Of a DNA stretch of 64,000 nucleotides, positions 49,901-64,000 are shown piece after piece (position 1 is the stretch's first letter; each line of letters opens with the position of its first letter). This stretch comes from Balanoglossus misakiensis (Eukaryota > Animalia > Hemichordata). The stretch spans positions 1,054,001 to 1,118,000 of the forward strand of contig CM082577.2 of the NCBI GenBank assembly GCA_040954595.2, read 5' to 3'. The position numbers were made by a program, and so were the translations under genes. The notes under the pieces were generated by a model. That model ran no database searches. It saw only the letters and a list, made by a program, of their open reading frames with translations, and was not told the DNA's origin.

Positions 49901-51293
49901 TCAACTACATCCACAGGAACTAACGAAAGATTTTTCATGCGAGTGAAAATAGGAATAAACTAAGCAAGAGTAGCTCCCTGAGAAAAATTAGCCAATGTTA
50001 AATCCTACAAAATAAACGTACTTTGGATCTACTATTAATGTACAATTGACGAAGTATTTACATGTGTTTCTAAAAAAGAAACCCCTAACAATTCCACAAA
50101 CGGAATTATAGGTGAAACCAAGAATTTGAATTCACCATGTTACAATCAACTACGTGCATTAACAGCCACAGAAAGATGCATATGCCTGTGCGGTACACCC
50201 TCACTCACATTCATATGCCTGTACTGGTACTGCGAGTTTTTCCATATTTCCTAGGTGTGATTCCAAAGAAGGCCTGTTGGAAAGTTCAGATTAGGAAAGT
50301 GGGTATGTTATGGCTATGTTATTTATACTTTTCTTCTTTGTTCTTGCTACTTTGTGATGCAGAATGATATATTATACTTAACTTGGTTTGTTGAAATATT
50401 GATGAAATCAGCATTTCTGTGGAATAAAGCTGAAACAAATAGTTTACATTTCATGCAAAAAAATGACTGGTGCAGTAGAACGCGTTTTTAACATTTTGGA
50501 AGGGAAAGTTTGCTAGATAACAATAGAACAATCTTCATGCCATATCCTGTGAAATTACTTTTGCGTTTTTTTTATTCATGTAAATCTGTAGTCTGCATGT
50601 AAACCAAGGCACAAGAAGTTGTGGGTTGCATATTTCAGTCACTGACAGAAACAAAAGTGTGCTTAATTTCGCTCAAGCTGGAACAGGTGTTTGTGAAGAG
50701 CCATGTGGAATAATAGCAATTGATGACAGACAGACTGATTTCATAAGCTCTTGCTGGTATATCCAGAATGGGAGCTGAAACTGACATTTGTTCCTCATAC
50801 TGTCACCATAGTAACCATCAAAAATGTACAAGATATGATAAAATTAAGGTTCTGTCAACTGAAACTACAAAACAATAATGAAATACAGGATGACCTGAGA
50901 GTTGAATCACCAGATTTCAGATGTTGATCTAGAAGGTCAAGGGCCATCACAAATCCAACATATTTCAGACTGGCTATACTTCGAGTTGTTCCTGGCTCTC
51001 TAGGGCCAACATTTCCTTCCAATTCATTCCATTATCGAGGTCTTCTGGATATTGAACATCTATGTATGGTAATTTGTTGTTCACAAGCTACATTTTGCAT
51101 TACGAGGCCATCTTTGTGTATGACACTGATGCAAGACATCCCATGTTCAATTATGTCATTGGATAATTACATGACAATAAGTCTTTTGCTGCCATGGTTA
51201 CTCACTATCCAGGTAAACCTCTGTTGCCATTGTTAACAGAGCAAAAAAAGACCCTATCAATAATAACTGTTTTGAAACTCCAAGTGAAGTCAT

Positions 51294-56360
<5,067 letters not shown>

Positions 56361-57370
56361 TTTTCGGCCAAATACGCCGATTTCAGCTGAAAACAGCGTT
56401 CAACTGGCGAACCTTGACTCACAGCCTGTATTCCGCGGGAATTCTGCAATGCATCATGGGAGGTCACAAGGACAACTGGCAAGTAGGCCAAGGATCCAAT
56501 CACTGGAAAGGAAAATTTGAAAAAAAATTGATGAAGGAGCTTGGCGACTGAGTTGACGTAACTTGTGCACTGCTAATTATTTTGTTTACTTATTATCCAA
56601 TCGATAATCTCGCATTTTTTTTAAATATTTCATTACAGGGCATATACGTATCATTGTTGAAACACCGGCTGAATATACATCAGTCACACAATTTAAGCAA
56701 AAAAAGGGCTGTGACCAAATTAAAATTGAAACAAAATGTTTTTATTATTCAAAAACGCTAAAGGAACTTCGTTAAAATATTTGTCCGCTGATAAATAAAT
56801 GGCCAGATCATGAATAAATGTTTGTTTAACGTGACTCTGTCAAGTTGTACCTTATCAATCTTTTCTCCCAAGCCTCTCCGATGTCCAACTACTTCACCTG
56901 TTAAAAAACTTTTAAAAAGTGCTACTAATTTTGTGAACTGACAACAGCTTTTTATATAGAACTATAAGTTTATGAAATATTTGCGTATTGATGATTTTGA
57001 CACTTTCAACCTTCGTTTTAGTCTGCTTTGAGTCAGTGCCCAACTTGAGAAAGTTCTGGGGACTGACCCCAGATATTTTCAGAAATATTAAAAGTGCAGG
57101 TTTGATTTCGGCACTATGTCGTGCAAAACATGCAAAAAGACCGAATCTGTCCAAGTAATTTTTAGTTTTATGAAACATACTGGTATTATTACCCGTGCTG
57201 GATAACAGGAGATGATGGATATGGTGTAGCTTGCCCCAAATTCTCTAATTAGAGACAAAAGGCCGCGCTTGTCCCAAATGCATGAAATGCATGCAGCAAT
57301 CAACGTACTGATTCATATATTCGATATATGAATATTCATGACTTCGTATTCCCAGGGCATTCAAACATTA

Positions 57371-57445
57371 CCTTATATGGTCAACAAGTAAAGCCGTGAA
57401 CGCAAAGCGCGCGATGTGAAAGTGGACCAACCGTTCCATATTTGG
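57371..57445 (+). promoter_or_regulatory. Two CArG boxes (SRF sites) upstream of actin: CCTTATATGG 57371-57380 and CCATATTTGG 57436-57445
   Basis: Both match CC(A/T)6GG exactly. They are followed by ATTGG (~57492) and a TATA-like TTATTATA (~57503). Confidence 0.8.
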
Positions 57446-58081
57446 TGCTGTCCCGCAATGCTGCTACAGGTTTCATGAAAAAAGGATTTTCATTGGTTAA
57501 ACTTATTATATGTGATGCACAGGATCTGAAAACTTTCGTCCAATGAAAACCGTTGTTACGTTTAATTTTTCCACGCTCCAGCAGGTTTCTTCAGAGGCGA
57601 GACGGAAATCGAAGTTTCGAGACGTGAATCCCAACATTTGGTAAAATATTACATTATTTTTGTCTTCGATGTCTGTATTTCTTCGTTTTGTAAACTATTT
57701 TCGGTGTGGACAGTTTCAGAATATTTTAAAGGGCATTAATTTTGTAAAGAATTCGACGTTTTCATTGAATTTGAAGTATGAACTGTGAACGGCATCTTTT
57801 GCTGATTCGGTCATGCACGTGCAGTTGTTGAGCGATCACGCCAGTGAACATTTGTCTGGAAACGTCTTCCAATAACATCACAAATTTTTTATTCGGTCGT
57901 TCATACATCAGATGTGCTGACTCAGTCACTGAATTACTTACCTGGCTGACAAACTGTAACGTCATTTATATTCCCCTTATGTACATTTCCTTCTTTTAAT
58001 ATTGCTCATTTGCATTCTCACAAATTTCATCAACTTTTCTTACGCAGTATTTTTCTACATTGAACAAGTTTACGACCAGTC

Positions 58082-60142
<2,061 letters not shown>

Positions 60143-60545
60143 ATTGTCAATAGGGTGAACAAATCGCAGTTTCAACAAGAAAAGCAAAAGCAATCAACCA
60201 CAAAATGTACTGATAAGAAAGTTCATACATCATCCCTATTTTGGAAAATCTTACAATGTACTTTAAACTATACAAATGTTTTATCATGGAAAAACTGTTG
60301 TCTTTATATTTCACAAAAACTTTCATAAGGGTTACACTGCTATTGGAATTGATGGAGAAGATTTGCAGTGAATTTGACTAAGGTTTGTGAATACACTTTT
60401 GAATATTTGAGAAATCTTTTCAACATACATAACAGTTAGGATCATTTCCGCAGTTTATGCCATCTGATGAAATGATTGTCGGCTATTTTAGCTAGATCAA
60501 AAGTAAATCTTAAAATATCAGTGGTTTACCGTGGTATGTAAAATT

Positions 60546-60804
60546 TTAGTCTAGTATCTAGCTACACGTTTTACTTGTTTGCTCCCAGACTACATTCTAG
60601 GAACGCAGAATTTTGACTAAAGCAATAAGGCTATTTGCATGTCAGAGGACTCCTACCTAGAATAATTGGGTCACTTGCGACACCATGTGATCATGATTAT
60701 GACATCATAGAAGTCAATCTTTTAACCCAACCCACTAGGTACTGACTGGTCATTGCAGTGTGGGAGCAAACATGTAAAACACATACCGCTAGATACTAGA
60801 CTAA
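60546..60804. mobile_element. Small MITE-like element with perfect 17-bp inverted termini, downstream of the actin stop
   Basis: TTAGTCTAGTATCTAGC (60546-60562) and GCTAGATACTAGACTAA (60788-60804). A TA TSD is possible. Confidence 0.6.
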
Positions 60805-61478
60805 TTAATAAATGACTCTTACCATGTGCAGAAAGTGTCATTTAGAGGGCACAATCTATTACTGTACTCTACTGTTCTTGAAATTTAAAGATTCATTAAA
60901 ATCTATTTGAAAAATACTCTCAGACTCAAGTTTTGTCTTAAGTGTTTGATGTAATGGTCAAGGCAAGTTTACAATCAAGGAGGTATCAAATTTGTATTCT
61001 TATGTTCAGGCCTCAGCTCAGATTTATGACATTGTCCACAGATCATACACAAAACTCACCGGTTATAATATAACATCAAGAAAGAGAAAGTTTCAAGTTT
61101 ATTAGAAAAGTGCCATATTCATAATATGGATCTTCAGTATGAATGTGGCATTATGTCAAAACACCACTATAATTTTAGCAGCAATAATAGTAACCCTGAC
61201 ATCTGTAGTTGGGATCATGAACAGCTACAATGTGCTATCAAGCTGCACATGCAGCATGCAAGAAGGGCAAGTGTATCGCCCTCAACGACAAGTCCAAAAA
61301 AGTACGACGCCTGAAGCGACTCTCCTCTGCGAACCATCTTACGAGCTCGCCCGCTGTAAACACGGAAGTCGGAGAGCGGCCTCGGCACATAGATCACAGA
61401 CTACATATGGTTTGACCGTCCGATGTTTCCTCCCGTCTATGGTTTACCGTGATCCGGCGCCCGCCGCTGGAATCAGAG

Positions 61479-63935
61479 ATGTGCGAAGCTGCCGAACAGG
61501 TTCTTTCCGATGTGCATCTCTACCGTCAACCTACCACCAGCGTAAGCTCGATCCCTGCAACAAAGACAGGTAGGCGGGCCCGGCCGGATGACAAGCTCAT
61601 AATTTCACATTTCCCCCAAAGGCAAATACCGGTAAATCACGTGAAGGGACGGCAGATCTGCATCCCACTGCACAGGCGGCGGAATCAATGTTGCGTAACC
61701 ATGGTTATACAAACATTGCCACACCTCCATGGTCGCTTGGGAACCCTTGGCTTCCAAGTTGTAGAGGGAATCAGCATATCCCCACTACACCCCCCCCCCC
61801 CTCACGGTACAGCTGCGTTTCCACGGCTATGCATACGCACTATAGGCAGTCCCTGCATGTACAAAACACCCAGTACACCTGATACAAGGAAAGTGGCGTA
61901 GAATGATTGACAGGACCGTTGATTGTACTCATTCCTGAAACCATCCTTATAATGGCTATACATTTATACATGTATATTTCTTTCAGTATGGAGAAGTGAG
62001 TTTAATTTCTCCAGTGTACCATTCATTGATTCAGAAGATACCAGTGATGCTACCATAAGCAATGATGTCACTGTGGATGACGATGGAGATTTTGTGATTA
62101 CTAGAAAACACCAATCACAATCTGGCCACGATGAGGAAAATAAAATTGTGATAGGTAATCGTGTTAACAGTTGACACATGGTGTCATCGTATTACTACCA
62201 TAGGCATATAGAATTTCACCCTACTACAAACAAAGAAATTGATGTAAATGTTATACTACTGAAGTTATAGTATCAGTATACTATAAATAAATTAGCACAG
62301 TCCATAAACAGATTTCCATTCAGTTCAAGTTCTATTTTAAAATCTGTCTTCCTTAGACATGCCCCACAAGTATATCTTGAATAAATGTCTATTCATTTTT
62401 CTCAGAACACAGTATGGAAACACCTATTGAAGATGTGGGTTTACAGGTAATAGTCTAACTTTTGATGGTCCATGATGGTCCATTTTCACATATCTTAGAT
62501 GACAGTGAATCTGAACCTCAATTTTGTGCATTGTAATACATTATTGCATGATATAAATTTATGGGTTCTATCCTTGAAGATGTATTTCTTCAAGTATGAA
62601 ATGCATTTCTCACCAAATGAATAATATGTATTGTCACTATTGAACAGGTTTGGTATGGCGCATTGCTGATGTGTGATTTCATCCTGCATAACCAGAGTAC
62701 CTTTAAAGAGCTCTCAGTGTTGGAGTTGGGAGCTGGTGTTGGATTGGCCAGCATTGTCATGGCAACAGTTGCCAAGAATGTTTTATGCACAGGTAATATC
62801 GGTCATCAAGTGTGACAAAACTGCTTTTTGCTGACTTGGCAGGATGGCAGAAAAAGGGAATTTGAAATTCAAAATTACTATTCGCAAGATTTATAAATGT
62901 AACACTTTTTTTTCAGATGTAATGTTTCATTATGTGAAAGCATAAGTGTTCTTTTATTTGTGTGCCCTGTACTTATATTTTCTTTTGTCTTTCAGATGTT
63001 GGAAGTGACGTTTTAGACATCTGCAAGAGTAATATAGAAACAAACAAATGGCTGTACAGTGACTGCAATTTGGTTGTAAGAGAATTGGATTGGAAGAAAG
63101 AAACACATGATACAGGTAGAATTGTAGCTGTAAATACTGTATGCAACTTTGATCAGGCTGTGTATATTTCTGCCCATCTCAATGACAGCGCCCTCAGGTG
63201 GTGACAAAATCTCATCATCAAACGTCTTCCTTGAATAATAAAACAGCCATGTAGTAATTTCTGTTTTCAGTATATACATGCTTTCCACCAGATGTGTTCA
63301 TTATTTTTAGAAACTCGGCCGAGCTCCATTAACTTCTGTGATATACTACAGATTGCCATTCTCACTTTTCAGATGACCTTCACCCTTTTCACTGGACAGC
63401 TGAAGACTTAAACATTTTAGAGAATGAAGTGAGTGTGATCCTTGCTGCTGATGGTGAGTTTTCTTACATTATGGTAATGTGCGTGGGAGGAGGAACAGTA
63501 AATCCCTTCAAAGAGGGCAGGCTAGTTGGGGTACTCGTGCAGCTCGGCTTGCTTGAAGGGTTTGTTGGGTCAGTGCCTTTGTGTTCGTTGACAATCAACA
63601 TGTTGATATAAATTGCTTGATCAGTTTTAAGACTGTTGTTGTAGTAATGTTGTAAGTACTACACACTCGCTTTCATTTCCTTGCATATAAGCGCTGTCTA
63701 CATAAGTTTTAAATACACAATCACAATCACATACACATCCAATACACTTACTATGAATAGTCAGGTGAAAATATCTGTAACTCAAGCCCACTGTTCAACC
63801 GTTGAACTCTTCTTCTCTTCTTCTCCTCTTTTCAGTCATATATGACGACGATCTCACTGATGCCTTTTTCAGGACTGTCCATCGTCTGATGTCAAATGGA
63901 CAGCCGAAAACACTGTACCTTGTTTTTGAGAAACG
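61479..63935 (+). CDS. METTL22: Methyltransferase-like protein 22, 5' part (exons 61479-61569, 61987-62154, 62406-62446, 62648-62792, 62996-63115, 63373-63453, 63836-63935); continues past the window
   Basis: VLSDVHLY, DDDGDFVI, EHSMETPIEDVGLQ|VWYGALLMCDFI, VLELGAGVGLASI, TDVG, VRELDW, ILAADVIYDDDLTDAFF. Confidence 0.92.
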
Positions 63936-64000
63936 GTAATTTATCAACTTAGACTAGACCAGTATAATTGGGTGGGGGAAGGGGGGGGGGGGGGTTCAAT

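Noticed and set aside
61190-61200. TAACCCTGAC as a possible telomerase-RNA template
   Set aside because: It is not a full 1.5-repeat template, and no supporting pseudoknot or H/ACA structure could be identified.

Overview
Gene-dense, AT-rich, intron-containing animal genomic DNA. It is most likely an invertebrate deuterostome (hemichordate/echinoderm-like), inferred from actin intron positions and gene content and not proven. Hand-splicing supports 13 protein-coding genes in this order: fascin (exon 1, -), MPV17L/PMP22-family (+), JMJD8 (-), POLR3H/RPC8 (+), FBXL16 (-, 10.3-kb intron), two head-to-head intronless heparan sulfate 3-O-sulfotransferase-like genes, a single-exon 2-TM PIRT/TMEM100-like protein (+), two tandem Gfo/Idh/MocA oxidoreductases (-), SUZ12 (-), a divergent actin (+) and METTL22 (+, runs off the window). 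No prokaryotic, CRISPR, rRNA or tRNA features were seen. The most notable observations are a clear U12 intron in POLR3H, a CCGG-flanked TGT...ACA Ginger-like MITE, a gene-conversion tract and a GC-donor or 4-nt intron-slide ambiguity in the oxidoreductase pair, PAPS-site substitutions in both sulfotransferases, an unusually substituted actin, and apparent ancient linkage matching the human 7p/16p/17/22q paralogon. I did not find a convincing wholly new biological system.
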